NCBI RefSeq assembly: GCF_003918875.1
Contig: NW_025767202.1
Coordinates: forward strand, 310,001 to 374,000
Direction of reading: 5' to 3'
From: Haliotis rubra
Taxonomy: Eukaryota
DNA length: 64,000 bases
Each line of letters begins with the position of its first letter. Positions within the stretch are counted from its first letter, which is position 1. Below the pieces are notes generated by a model that was not told where the DNA came from, did not search any database, and saw nothing but the letters and a program-made list of their open reading frames with translations. Of this stretch, positions 1 through 12,821 are shown piece after piece. Made by a program: the position numbers and the translations under genes.

Positions 1-55
1 CGGGTCTTCGGCGTGACGAGCCAGTGCTTTAACCACTAGGCTACCCCACCGCCCC
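1..55 (-). mobile_element. SINE family A (tRNA-derived), 5' end
   Basis: Reverse complement of the head seen at 14136. Confidence 0.85.
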
Positions 56-222
56 GACCGTATACTAGTGTAAGTGAGTTTGGTTTAACGCCACCGTGAA
101 CGGTGTTTCAGTTTATGTCTTAGGCGTTTCTCAGTTTGTTAAAACCTACGGAAATGGGCATACATATATAACGCTGACAAATAATGAAACATAACCCAGG
201 CATAATCTCTGCATAGCGCCTG

Positions 223-520
223 TATGGTGGCTGATTAGGGCCATCGCTTTCTTGCGCAGACAGCACTGAATTGTGGGTAATATCGCTTTCTCGCTTTCTC
301 GCTCTATCGCTTTCTCGCGCAATGATATCGCTTTCTCGGCTCGTGCTTTCGCTTTCTCGTCTCGCGTTATCGCTTTCGCGTCTCGTGCTATCGCTTTCGC
401 GTCTCGCGTTATCGCTTTCTCGTCTCGTGCTATCGCCTTCTCGTCTCGTGATATCGCTTTCTCGCTTTCTCGCCTCCGAATTTTAAGGCGAGAAAGCGAT
501 GACCCTAATCAGCCACCATA
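223..520. mobile_element. Non-autonomous TIR DNA transposon (IS3EU-like) with internal ~21-bp tandem repeats
   Basis: ~30-bp TIRs TATGGTGGCTGATTAGGG...CCCTAATCAGCCACCATA; 6-bp TSD CGCCTG at 217-222 and 521-526. Confidence 0.8.
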
Positions 521-1486
521 CGCCTGTCATGACCGGGTCATCCTCGATCGCGGGCGCAATAGAGCCAGATTGAGACTTTCTTGTACTTAGGCGTGTTGTA
601 CTGAGACGTATTTACAAGTTGATGGAACGAAGACACGAAACGTTTTTAGTTATATATAGTTTTCATCTTGTTTGATTGCTGCTGTCTTTGGTTGTGGGTG
701 TAGTTTGCGTCTTGGTATTATGTCTAGACGACTTTCAAGAATTATTAAGATTCATCAGGTTCAAGGCGAGTGTTTAAATGATGTGCAGGTTGCACTATTT
801 TATCTGGACAAACCGCGTATTTATGTCTCGTAGAATCCACAGACAAATTTATTCGATGTCTAGGGATTTGAGATCTGAAATTAATAATCCACTGTAATCA
901 CACGTCATCCATGACACATCCAAGATAATTAACTTGACGTAATTTACATGTTACCAAACACATAATAGCGTTGTCGGGTAGTCAAGTCCACTTAAACGTC
1001 ATCATGTCGCTGTGAAGAGTTGCGTTCCTTGGGTGTGCCATGATCCGATGATCGTGGATTCAAATCTAAATGATTCCATATAGTGATCCTCGTTTGTTAG
1101 CACCGTAACCGTGTTAGTGCTAAAATATTGATTACTTTGGGATCTTCTCCCACATTAAGCTAACACTCCGTGACATCACCGAACTGAACACTCTCACTCA
1201 CGACGGATCGTTATCATAAGTAAATAATGACAATCTGTAAAATGCCAAAGCATTGTATCGAAGACATGTGTTTCATTGTAAACCAACAATAGAAGAAACA
1301 AAAACTTAAAACGTATACATTCACGATTTACAAGTAAACATATTTAACAATCTTGAGCTTCTATCCAAATATGCACACAGCTGCATATGCGTGCCAATAG
1401 TTGGATTTTAACTGAAAAAATGCTCATTATTTGATGCATCTACGTTTAAATCTCCGGATGGCATGCCGTTGCTGCACTTTGCAACC

Positions 1487-1635
1487 ATGGCGCGCATGTG
1501 CATAGTTATACTGACAACACTCGCTGCCACTGCACTAGCAACGTTTGATGACTTGCAAGCATTTGACGATGTACAGCAGTATATTGACAGAGCAGAAACG
1601 ACTGTACAATCCTGTGGAACAGATGAATCATGCGC
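1487..1635 (+). CDS. Gene 1 exon 1 (signal peptide, start of N-terminal domain)
   Basis: gcaaccATGG context; hydrophobic leader; ends GC|GTGAGT, phase 2. Confidence 0.8.
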
Positions 1636-2149
1636 GTGAGTTACAACTTTCTCTTACACAGAGTTGTTACGGTTCTAGATAGTTTGTAGATAACTCGACC
1701 TCTCGTTTTCAGTTGTTGCTCTTGTTTACAGTTGGTTCTCGTGTAGATAGTTGTGGCTCCTTTTATTTGGTGTTGTTTCTGTAGACAGTTGTTGTTGATC
1801 GTGTAGACAGTTGTTGATAGTGTCCAAAGCTGTTTTCATGTAAATTGTTGTTGCAAATATTCTTGTCTATAGTTTTGCTCTAGTGTATAGTTAGGAGGCG
1901 GATAGCTAGTTGGTGTAATGAACATTTGTGCGAAAGGGTTCGTTCATTGCCATACCTCTCGATCATGATGAGCAGAGAATTGTTCCAAATAGGGATTGCC
2001 CACGAAACGTGGTTCAGGTCAAAAGTCGCGTAAACGTGAAAAGGTGATGTATATACTTTGTAAACGTCACTTTTTGAAGTTTGTTGAAAAATGAACGGTT
2101 CATCTGCTCAGCCAATGTACAAACCAAATCCCCGGAAATCCCTTTAATT

Positions 2150-3370
2150 TCACAATAACAATTTATCATAACTTAAATTGGGATAATCTATTACTGTCAT
2201 CCAGATAGATCAGTCTGTACCAACACGTTATACAATAATTAACACATAAGTAGGTTCTATACACTTTACCAAGTAAATCATTGGTCAATACCTTTTTAAT
2301 CAACATATAAATACCGTGTAAAGAAAACACTCTGTATCTTTTCAATATTTGCACGATAAGAGTAATCCCTCATTTTCATTCCAAATAACAATAATCATTA
2401 CACTATTTTGCTGCCAAATACTGTCCAAACTACATTCCGAGAAATATCTAGATACTCCTTCTTTGAGGTAAGAATAGGAAGAGGATCATTTCTAGTTTGT
2501 AGTGATAATGTTTTGACCAAATTACTCCAGATGTGGAGACAATTCCTAGATATTTATAGTAGGATAATACTTGCATCAATCCACTTGTTTACCATCATGC
2601 TTAAATATTCCTGTGTTTTAGATATCACCAGTTTCTAAAACCTTCTTTAGATTAACTTCGAGGCACCGTTTATACCAGTATCATTTTTAAGGGTAGGACA
2701 GTGTCATACACCGATGTTACATCATCTGCAAATAAGAGCAATTTGCTATCGTTTAGTAAATATCTAAACACAAACTCCTCTCAGTCCACATCTCTTCATT
2801 TAGACTAATTGCTCATGCAGATAAATAATAGAAGGCTTATCACACACCCTTGGCGAACTCCCCTTCTAACACCTTTTCCCATGCACATCTTTCATAACAA
2901 GTACAAACAAACAGTCAAGTGCCAAAATCTCTGAAAGCTCATTAAAATCTTGATTGAAGACATTACGTTATCACTTGATGAATAGTCATTTCTAAACTCT
3001 GCTTAACATTCATGTTGAACTTGTACAATGTACAAATCGGAATTTGATCCAAGAATAGACGTGAATATACTACCTAATAAGTTAACAAGGAAATACCACG
3101 GTAATTACTAAAGTCTTAACCATCTCCTTTACACACTATGGAGTAATCATACCAACATGCTAGTTATCGGAGAAAACACCACTAACCAATATTGCAATGA
3201 TAATAATAGAGGATACAATTGAGTTAGCATGTTTAAAACATTTCAGGATGTATTTCATGATATACCCGGGGATATGCTAAATTTGAGTGACTTGAATTCT
3301 CCTTTCTGATAAATACTTTATGATAAATCATCAGTACTGCCTCACGAAAGACATTCTCCATTATGATGAT
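2150..3370 (-). mobile_element. Degenerate LINE reverse-transcriptase fragment in gene 1 intron 1
   Basis: Minus-strand GVRQGC (~2845-2862) and LLFADDV (~2718-2740) motifs, with many stops. Confidence 0.65.
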
Positions 3371-3373
3371 GTG

Positions 3374-3518
3374 NNNNNNNNNNNNNNNNNNNNNNNNNNN
3401 NNNNNNNNNNNNNNNNNNNNNNNNNNNNNNNNNNNNNNNNNNNNNNNNNNNNNNNNNNNNNNNNNNNNNNNNNNNNNNNNNNNNNNNNNNNNNNNNNNNN
3501 NNNNNNNNNNNNNNNNNN
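3374..3518. other. Assembly gap (N run)
   Basis: 145 N. Confidence 1.
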
Positions 3519-4653
3519 CGCAGCATCCTTAAAATATATACACCACTTCTCTGCCCAGAAATGCATCTACTCATTAATTCTATGGAATCCCAGAAGGGAC
3601 GTTGTTGCAATATCGCGCGCGCTTTGGTTAGTTTTGACACTTTTTGCTTGTTTGTCGACAACACGACAATGTCCCTTATAGGATTCCATACATTACGGTT
3701 CTGCAGTAGTGCTTTTATTTTTAACTAAAATGTTTCATAATCACCATCTGCAACTGCTGTGCGAATCTCATCCGTGATCGCTTTCTTGAACTGTTGTCAT
3801 TTCTCTAAGTATCTCTTAGGAACAATTATGTCTACTCAAAATAACCTTTGTTCGACAAACTAACCGCACCTTTCATAACAATTTCTAACTGAACACAGCT
3901 AACGATCCTGACAATCCAAACGGAATCGTTTTCACTGAAGTCGTCCACACTGACAAGGGTCCTGACTAACGAAGCGCATTATGCAATTTTGTTTTACGAT
4001 ACAACACAGCTGAAACAAATATATACTCATCATATAGTCACAGTTGTACAATCGACTCTACTTTTAGCAGAGAATTCTTTTGAATGTGGAGAGGGTTTTG
4101 TTGCTTCTATTACCATACATACATAGAAATTCACACCAGAAAGGATGCAGGAGGCAGTATGTTAAAATTGAGGGAATTGTTGTCTTGTTTGTTTTGTTTT
4201 GTTTTTTTAAAACCACACTTTTTTAATTTTATTTTTTTATTTACCATTTTTTTACTTGTTTAAAGGTACAGTACATGTGGCCAACGTATGACATTGAAAG
4301 GTGCAATTGTGCTGATATACAAGATTACTATAAAAAAGTCTCAAATGGCATCAGATACCATGAGGGAATGTTACTTGTGTTACTTGTAACCAATTGTTAC
4401 TGTAACTCTCCTTGTAGAATGAGGACAATTTGTAGGGACATACAACTTCTTTATTATTTCTTTTTAAGCGACGTTCCGACATAGATTCTAATGTCGTTGT
4501 CAAGCAAGTGGTTGACTACGACTTTAGAATCTTTGTCGAAACGTCACCTATACAGAATAAAGACGTTGTATATCCATGAAAAATGTCCTCTTTCTTCATC
4601 CCCTCAACTTCTAGAATGCCAATCAAAGAAGTCAAACTTTCCTTGTGTTCCAG

Positions 4654-5063
4654 CTCCGAGCGGGTAGCCTCCAAAGTCCTCCAGAGCCTCTCCATGCTCC
4701 CTATCCCCACAGTTGAGGCCATCTACAACCACTTCCTCGGCAAGAAAGACGTCTTGACAATGTCCCAGTACATCGACGCAGTGTACTTGAGGCGGCTGGA
4801 GACGGAGTTGGGGAGCGACGTCAATGAGCTGGACAAGGTCATGAAGGTGTTCTTCAACACAAGCATCACGGCCTACTACGACAATGTCAGCAACAGCGGA
4901 AAGACGTTTGAGGAGGTAGCCTCAGAGTTACTCCGACAACTGCGACATGGTCTGAAGGTCTGGGACGGCAAGGCTGCAGACTTCTGGGACGCCATCAATA
5001 CGTTGAGAGCATACGGCAAAAGTTTCGATGTCATGCAGGCTTTAGAAGGTTACACCAAGAGAA
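4654..5063 (+). CDS. Gene 1 exon 2 (unrecognised helical domain)
   Basis: ttccag acceptor, A|GTAAGA donor; 410 nt, same as gene 2 exon 2; SERVASKVL...FWDAINTLRAY aligns with gene 2. Confidence 0.9.
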
Positions 5064-5211
5064 GTAAGAGAAACGTGCTATCCTCTACGCCTACTCTGCT
5101 GTTTGGGTCTATACTTTCCTCGTGTTGTGCCTCTACGAGCCACAGACGGCTTGCTATGTAGCTAGTTCTCGCAGGCGTATTTGGGTTAAAGTGTTGCTTA
5201 GATCAATTCGA

Positions 5212-5422
5212 TTGGTTGGTTGGTTGTTCAACGACGCAATATTAATGATATTATTAACTCAGCAATTTTCCAGCTATATGGCGGTGGTCTGTAAATAATC
5301 GAGCCTGGGCCAGACAATTCAGTGATCAACAGCATGAGCATCGATCAACACAACTGGGATACGATGACATGTGTCAACCTAGTCAGCAAGCTTGATCACC
5401 CGATCCCGTTACTTGCCTTTTA
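5212..5422 (-). mobile_element. SINE-like family B copy
   Basis: Matches 13448-13685 in reverse. Confidence 0.8.
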
Positions 5423-6142
5423 TTCGGAACTTCAAAGCTAAACGTCACTTCGAAAACGAACAACACTAGTGTCGTCATTGGTTCGACATACGAAGCTATT
5501 TTCTGCTTGTTTGTGCGATTGTTCCTTCTATTAACGTCACATTGAGTAACATTCCGGTGTAAGACCGAGTCTGACCTCTCGATCCGTTAGGGCGCCCCTT
5601 TGGACCAGCATAAGTTCCAGGGAATCTGTTCTTACCGAAATCACCACAGGGTAAACCGTAAAATCTGCACACTTAGTTGACACCTGAAGCGCATGCACAT
5701 ATTTTGTCATAGGGAGAGAATATGTCCATGCCAAGACAACGTGATACTGACGAAGCCAAGAGTACAGCCACACATAAATCGCAGGAATACCAACATTATG
5801 ATTGACAATGAAAAGTATAAATTTAAATGCATTTCAACAAAATTCATCGCATTGGCATCTCGTGAAACAAAATGGTTATATTGGTGACTTTTAGTTCCTG
5901 TAAATGACAACGTTATGGGTACTCTCCATAATCCCAAGACATGTCTTGATACAGGGTAAACCTCAGACTATTAAAACATTGTCAAATAGTCATACCAGGG
6001 TGATGCCAAAAACGGATATTCCAAATTCCTTCTTGCTAGAGACGGCAATAAACAAGATACATTTTGTACTGATGAAGCCTAATGTTTTATTATTTGTGTT
6101 GTTTTTTGCCTTTTAAAGACGGTTTATTTGCACCTGTTCCAG

Positions 6143-6406
6143 CAATCATACAACTTGATTTCGAGGGTGAACAGTCAGCCTACTGCCAGGGTCTCCTCAA
6201 TACAGCCACTGCACTTGGAAACATCGATGGCTTTCAGTATCTGCAGGGGCTCATCCTGGAGGCATGTCCCGGATCTAACATAACGCTGGACGGGTCGGAC
6301 GAGACTGTTGTACTGGGTCTTCAGACCACGACAACTACACAAGCATCGACTAGCACTACAGCAACCACCACTCCAAAACCTAATACAAGCGGAACCATTT
6401 ATAAAG
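6143..6406 (+). CDS. Gene 1 exon 3 (C-x26-C segment plus Thr-rich stalk)
   Basis: YCQGLL...GFQYLQGLILEAC followed by TTTTTQASTSTTATTTP. The donor G|GTTTTA is weak, so the 3' end is less certain. Confidence 0.75.
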
Positions 6407-6859
6407 GTTTTACACCTCTGGTTTCTGTTTTCTTCATTTGTAACTGAAGTCTGGGAGTAATGAGTTGAAATACGTTTTTATATGGTTTTTAAGATTCTTA
6501 TTTAAATACTTGTCTGTGCCTATAGTCCATACATGATCACCATTAAGTCATTCCTATAAAATACTTTTAACAAACGGAGCAAGATCCCGTGAACTTAAAC
6601 GATAAAACACGATTTCATATTAAGCGACTGGGTGTGAAAAGCAGAAGACTTTGACTTCATTTCTGTGGAGGTCAAACCCAAAAAACAAACAAATCAGCAA
6701 TGAATAAGCGGCCTTTTCATGGCAGTTTATGAAACCCTTCCAAGTTGGTGTTGATGCAAATCTGGGGCAACCTTTATGTCTAATGTCTTATTTTTGCAAT
6801 ACAAAGTAAGAACTCTTCATATTGACAAAGACGTGAAAGACGTTTCCTCTGGTTTCAAG

Positions 6860-7058
6860 GTAAGTGTGGAAGCAAGTTTGACTCCACCGTGTCCAACCAG
6901 TTGAGGAACACTCTGGTGTCGCTCCGGGTCATCAACGGGAAGACAGTGGCCAAATGAGAGTATAAGTTCCTGGCCTCCCTGATGAGGAGGGGTGGTCTCA
7001 TCTGTACAGCTAGTATCATCGACCCAACACACATCCTGACGGCAGCTCATTGTACAGA
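6860..7058 (+). CDS. Gene 1 exon 4 (activation site and catalytic His; contains TGA)
   Basis: KCGSKFDSTVSNQLRNTLVSLRVINGKTVAK*EYKFLASL...ILTAAHCT; donor GA|GTAAGC. Confidence 0.85.
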
Positions 7059-7321
7059 GTAAGCATGAACACACATGCCTACACACGTGCCTACAAGCAT
7101 GCCAACACACATACTTACACATAGGCTCACACACAAGCCTTTGTGTATGCCTTGACAGATCTAAACGCGTCTACACATATGACAACATACATACCTTGCC
7201 AGATAGATTCACACATGCCTACACACATGTGTCTCAAACATCTCAACGTACCTCTGTGCCTACACATACCCCAGTAGACAGTACCACACGACTGTATACG
7301 TCAGTACAGGTCAACACACAT

Positions 7322-8520
7322 AGCTGCATACATTTACTATGTACACGCCTACTCACATGTCAAGCACAGTTAAACACACATGCCTGCACACATGACTATG
7401 TACACGCCTACTCACATGTCAAGCACAGTTAAACACACATGCCTGCACACATGACTATGTACACGCCTACTCACATGTCAAACACAGTTCTACACACATG
7501 CCTGCACACATGACTATGTACACGCCTACACACATGACGAACACAGTTCAACACACATGCCTGCACACATGACTATGTACACGCCTACTCACAGGCCGAA
7601 CACAGTTCAACACACATGCCTGCACACATGACTTTGTACACAACTACTCACATGCCAAACACAGTTCAACACACATGCCTGCACACATGACTTTGTACAC
7701 AACTACTCACATGCCAAACACAGTTCAACACACATGCCTGCACACAAAACTATGTACACGCCTACACACATGCCGAACACAGTTCAACACACATGCCTGC
7801 ACACATGACTATGTACACGCCTACTCACAGGCCGAACACAGTTCAACACACATGCCTGCACACATGACTATGTACACGCCTACTCACATGCCAAACACAG
7901 TTCAACACACATGCCTGCACACATGACTATGTACACGCCTACTCACATGCCAAACACAGTTCAACACACATGCCTGCACACATGACTATGTACACGCCTA
8001 CTCACATGTGCCAAACACAGTTCTAACACATGCCTGCACATTTGACTATGTACGCGCCTACTCACATGCCGAACACAGTTCAACACACATGCCTGCACAC
8101 ATGACTATGTACACGCCTACTCACATGCCAAACACAGTTCAACACACATGCCTGCACACATGACTTTGTACACGCCTACTCACATGCCAAACACAGTTCA
8201 ACACACATGCCTGCACACATGACTTTGTACACGCCTACTCACATGCCAAACACAGTTCTACACACATGCCTGCACACATGACTATGTACACGCCTACTCA
8301 CATGCCAAACACAGTTCAACACACTTACCTGCACATTTGACTATGTACACGCCTACCCACATGTCAAGCACAGTTCAACACACTTACCTGCACATTTGAC
8401 TATGTACACGCCTACCCACATGCCAAACACAGTTCTACACACATGCCTGCACATTTGACTATGTACACGCCTACTCACATGCCAAACACAGTTCAACACA
8501 CATGCCTGCACACATGCCTA
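7322..8520. repeat. 59-bp CA-rich minisatellite (gene 1 intron 4)
   Basis: Unit acacacatgcctgcacacatgactatgtacacgcctactcacatgccaaacacagttca, about 20 copies. Confidence 0.95.
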
Positions 8521-8609
8521 CAATAGTTCCTCCAAACATACCTATAAACACGCATACTTTAAACATGACTACATCATGTCCCCATAATAGCAGTGGTTGT
8601 GGTGACGGC

Positions 8610-8686
8610 GTAGCAGTAGTAGTAGCAGTAGCACTAGCAGCAGCAACAGCAGCATTAGTAGCAGTAGCAGTAGCAGTAGCAGTAGC

Positions 8687-8720
<34 letters not shown>
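8610..8720. repeat. (GTA/GCA)n microsatellite
   Basis: Direct inspection. Confidence 0.9.
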
Positions 8721-8975
8721 TCAGCTATAGTGCAAATATAAGTTTTGGGTCATGTTAATGCGAGTTATAATAGAATTCCATTCTTCAATAGCGGCCGTAT
8801 TGTATTTTGCGGCCATTATAATTATTTGGGTGAAACCATATCATACATGGTTTGGAATGTCATAACCTACAAGAGAACCTGGTTTTATTGTGTTATCATT
8901 GAAAAATTCAACCTATGTCTGCACTACAAGGAGGTATAGATGTTACAGGTTATGAATGGTGTGTCTTTGTGTCAG

Positions 8976-9100
8976 AGGTTCAGCGGCAAGTGACCTGACT
9001 GTAGGAGTGGCTGAGTTTGACATCACTAAGTCAGATGGGGAAAGGGTATTTCAAGTGGAGAAAGTTAACGACCATCCGAGATACGACCGGACGAAAGTCA
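8976..9100 (+). CDS. Gene 1 exon 5
   Basis: LTVGVAEFDITKSDGERVFQVEKVNDHPRY; 125 nt, same as gene 2. Confidence 0.9.
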
Positions 9101-9555
9101 GTAAGTTTGTTGACTCAAAGTACACATATTTGGATCCAATAGTGATGTTTCGTTGATATTTACGATCAACTTGTGAAACTGGGTCAAAGCTTCATGCTGA
9201 TGCTGCTGAAACCCCACGTATCAGGGGACAGTTTGTAATCGTATTTTTCACTTATTCCAATGTTAAACATTTAATAACTTTCAATTTAGTTCGCGTTAAT
9301 ATTAACACTTGATAGCTAACCAACTGCTATACATAATTTACGTAAACGCGAACTCCATTATCTCGAGATAACCATGTTAGATCATTCCTCGGATCCTGTT
9401 TTCGTTGTTCAACCAGACGCTTTTATCGAACAATTCTTCATTCAAATAACACATATCATATCAAATCATATCAAATCATATCATATCATATCGTATCAAT
9501 AGATTCTCATCATTTCGAGTCATTGGTCATTGTATTGACGTCATGTTTCCCTCAG

Positions 9556-9711
9556 TTAACGACATCTCCATCCTGACGCTGACCGAGCCCATCCAGGGCG
9601 TGCCTAACGCTGAACCCATTTGCCTTCCTCGGTGGAAGCAGTGCAAGGATATTTCCAACCGGAAGTGTGTCGTTGCTGGATGGGGAGCCAAGGAAATAGT
9701 GGATAACACAC
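9556..9711 (+). CDS. Gene 1 exon 6 (catalytic Asp)
   Basis: NDISILTL...PICLP...CVVAGWG. Confidence 0.9.
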
Positions 9712-10258
9712 GTAAGAGTTCTGCAATGTATGGTTGAGTGTGTGAGTGAGTGAGCGAATTTAGCACTGCTGTGAACAATATTTTAACCGTGGGAATATTT
9801 ATCACGTGGGAAGAGGGAGGTAGTCACGACAGCTGTTCACGTCAAAGATCATGCTATCATTTGAGTAAAACCTACATAATTCAGATTCAGGTAGAGGTGA
9901 TAGGGGCGTTGCAGAGGTGACTGGTTGAAGTATTCTGATCGTGTTGAAAACACATAACTAAATAAGTTGGTGACAATCGCATTGAAATGAATATTTTATT
10001 AACAGCAACTGCAAAATATTTCCCAAATAATGTTCTGGCATTTTGATAATTACATGTCAACAAGCAGGTAACAGATCTGTATAGAGGCCAATAAAGGATT
10101 CGCCCTGGTACACTGTTCACGCTGACTATTTGAACCGCTGAATATGTGCTTTGTTGCTTTTGTCATAACTGCAGGACAGGCGGAAGCCCAAGAATAAAAC
10201 TAACAATCTATATTCCAGTTGTGAACCATTGTTTGATACTCTTGTATTTGCCATACAG

Positions 10259-10389
10259 TGGTTTTTCCTAATGCCCCCCGCGATGCCACTGTCAGGGCAT
10301 ATGCCGGTTCCAAGTGTCCAACTAACAGACCCGCGCCGAGTGACCTCAAAACTCAGATCTGTGCCGTTGGAAACTCTGATACCTGCAAC
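10259..10389 (+). CDS. Gene 1 exon 7
   Basis: ...KCPTN...TQICAVGNSDTCN|GTAAGT; 131 nt, same as gene 2. Confidence 0.9.
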
Positions 10390-10429
10390 GTAAGTATAAT
10401 ATACATTGCATGCCGTACGTAGAAGTCAG

Positions 10430-10436
10430 GCTTCCC

Positions 10437-10472
<36 letters not shown>

Positions 10473-12505
10473 TCTCCCCATCCTCCTCCTTCATCATCAT
10501 CATCATCATCCTCCTCGACATCATCTGGATCTTCCTTCATCATCATCACCATCACCCTCCTCCTCCTCCTTCTCATCATCATCATCATCTGGATCCTCCT
10601 CCTCCTCATCATCATCACCATCCTCCTCATCATATGGATCCTCCTCCTCGTCCTCATCATCATCATCTGGATCCTCATCCCTCATCATCAACACTCATCA
10701 CCCTCCGCATCATCATCTTGATCCTCCCCTTCAACCACCTGTTCCCCTTCCGCCTCATCATCATCATGATAATGATCATCACCCACCTCCTCTTTGTCAT
10801 CTCCATCATCACCACCCTCCTCCTTATCTTGATCCTCCCTTTCTTCCACTCTGTGCCCCTTCCTCCTCCTCACCATCATCACCACCCTCCTCCTTATCTT
10901 GATCCTCCCTTTTCCACCTGTGCCCCTTCCTCCTCCTCATCATCATCACCACCACTTGATCCTCCCTCTTCCCACACCTGTGCCTCCTTCCTCCTCATCA
11001 CCATCATCACCACCACCTCTCCCTCCTTATCATTGATCCTCCCTTCTACCACCTGTGCCCTTCCTCCTCATCACCATCATCACCACCCTCCTCCTTATCT
11101 TGATCCTCCCCTTCTTCCACCTGTGCCCCCTTCCTCCTCCTCATCACCATCATCACCACCCTCCTCCTTATCTTGATCCTCCCCTTCTTCCACCTGTGCC
11201 CCTTCCTCCTCATCACCATCATCACCACCCTCCTCCTTATCTTGATCCTCCCCTTTTCCACCTGTGCCTTCCTCCTCATCACCATCATCACCACCCTCCT
11301 CCTTATCTTGATCCTCCCCTTCTACCACCTGTGCCCCTTCCTCCTCATCACCATCATCACCACCCTCCTCCTTATCTTGATCCTCCCCTTCTTCCACCTG
11401 TGCCCTTCCTCCTCATCACCATCATCACCACCCTCCTCCTTATCTTGATCCTCCCTTCTTCCACCTGTGCCTTCCTCCTCCATCACCATCATCCCACCCT
11501 CCTCCTTATCTTGATCCTCCCCTTCTTCCTCCTGTGCCCCCTTCCTCCTCATCACCATCATCACCACCCTCCTCCTTATCTTGATCCTCCTTCCTACCAC
11601 CTGTGCCCCTTCCTCCTCATCACCATCATCACCATCACCTTCTTCATCATCCTCTTCGTCATCATCTTGGTCCTCATCCTCATCATCATCATCATCACCC
11701 TCCTCCTTATCTTGATCCTCCCCTTCTTCCACCTGTGCCCCTTCCTCCTCATCACCATCATCACCACCCTCCTCCTTATCTTGATCCTCCCCTTCTTCCA
11801 CCTGTGCCCCTTCCTCCTCATCACCATCATCACCACCCTCCTCCTTATCTTGATCCTCCTTTCTACCACCTGTGCCCTTCCTCCTCATCACCATCATCAC
11901 CACCCTCCTCCTTATCTTGATCCTCCCCTTCTACCACCTGTGCCCCTTCCTCCTCATCACCATCATCACCACCCTCCTCCTTATCTTGATCCTCCTTCTA
12001 CCACCTGTGCCCCTTCCTCCTTATCCACCATCATCACCACCCTCCTCCTTATCTTGATCCTCCCCTTCTTCACCTGTGCCTTCCTTCTCATCACCATCAT
12101 CACCACCCCTCCTCCTTATCTTGATCCTCCCCTTCTTCCACCTGTGCCCCTTCCTCCTCATCACCATCATCACCACCCTCCTCCTTATCTTCATCCTCCC
12201 CTTCTACCACCTGTGCCCCTTCCTCCTCATCACCATCATCACCACCCTCCTCCTTATCTTGATCCTCCCCTTCTTCCACCTGTGCCCCTTCCTCCTCATC
12301 ACCATCATAACCATCATCTTCATCATTAACGTTATGTCATCATCTTGGTCCTCCTCCTCCTCTTCATCATCATCACCCTGACCCTCCTCCTCATCATCAT
12401 CTTGAACCCTCCTTTTTCTTCTGTTCCCCTCATCATCATCATCTTCAACATCATCCTTCTGTTCCCCTTCATCATCACCATCTTCAACATCATCATCATC
12501 AACAA
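10430..12505. repeat. CAT/CCT microsatellite grading into a ~69-bp minisatellite (gene 1 intron 7)
   Basis: Unit cttgatcctccccttcttccacctgtgccccttcctcctcatcaccatcatcaccaccctcctccttat. Confidence 0.95.
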
Positions 12506-12659
12506 CAAAGTCTTCGTGATCTAAATTCGTACCATTATCTTATGGTTGTTATGTTAATTCTTAGGGTAAGACATAATGAACAATGAGCAATCGTGTGAAG
12601 TACAGAACTGACACACATGTAAATTGGCTTTGGCATATTATTCTTTTCCATCTCAACAG

Positions 12660-12821
12660 GGTGACTCGGGCGGGCCAATATTTTGCACCTACGGCAAGAA
12701 ATGGGTTCAGTGCGGAATCACATCATTTGGGCCTAGAGAGTGCAACTTGGAAGGAACTAATGGTATCTACACCAACCTGGCCAAATACAACACCTGGATC
12801 AAGAACATACTTTTATCATAG
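12660..12821 (+). CDS. Gene 1 exon 8 (catalytic Ser)
   Basis: GDSGGPIFC...GITSFG...GIYTNLAKYNTWI, stop TAG. Confidence 0.9.
   Translation, partial: GDSGGPIFCTYGKKWVQCGITSFGPRECNLEGTNGIYTNLAKYNTWIKNILLS

Larger units (their letters stand above)
1487..12821 (+). pseudogene. Gene 1: secreted modular trypsin-like serine protease (S1A), 8 exons, with an in-frame TGA at 6955-6957 (pseudogene, null allele or base error)
   Basis: Exons 1487-1635, 4654-5063, 6143-6406, 6860-7058, 8976-9100, 9556-9711, 10259-10389, 12660-12821. All are GT-AG and phase-consistent (1596 nt). Signal peptide MARMCIVILTTLAATALA; LR|VING; LTAAHC; NDISIL; DTCN|GDSGGP. Four exons (2, 5, 7, 8) have the same length as in gene 2. 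The TGA aligns with a Gly of gene 2. Confidence 0.85.

Noticed and set aside
6955-6957. Selenocysteine codon
   Set aside because: It aligns with Gly rather than Cys, and I could not recognise a SECIS; a nonsense change or error is simpler.
10406-12381. Long His/Pro-rich and Ile/Leu-rich ORFs
   Set aside because: Stop-poor 69-bp repeat inside phase-0 intron 7 of gene 1; exons 7 and 8 join directly as DTCN|GDSGGP.
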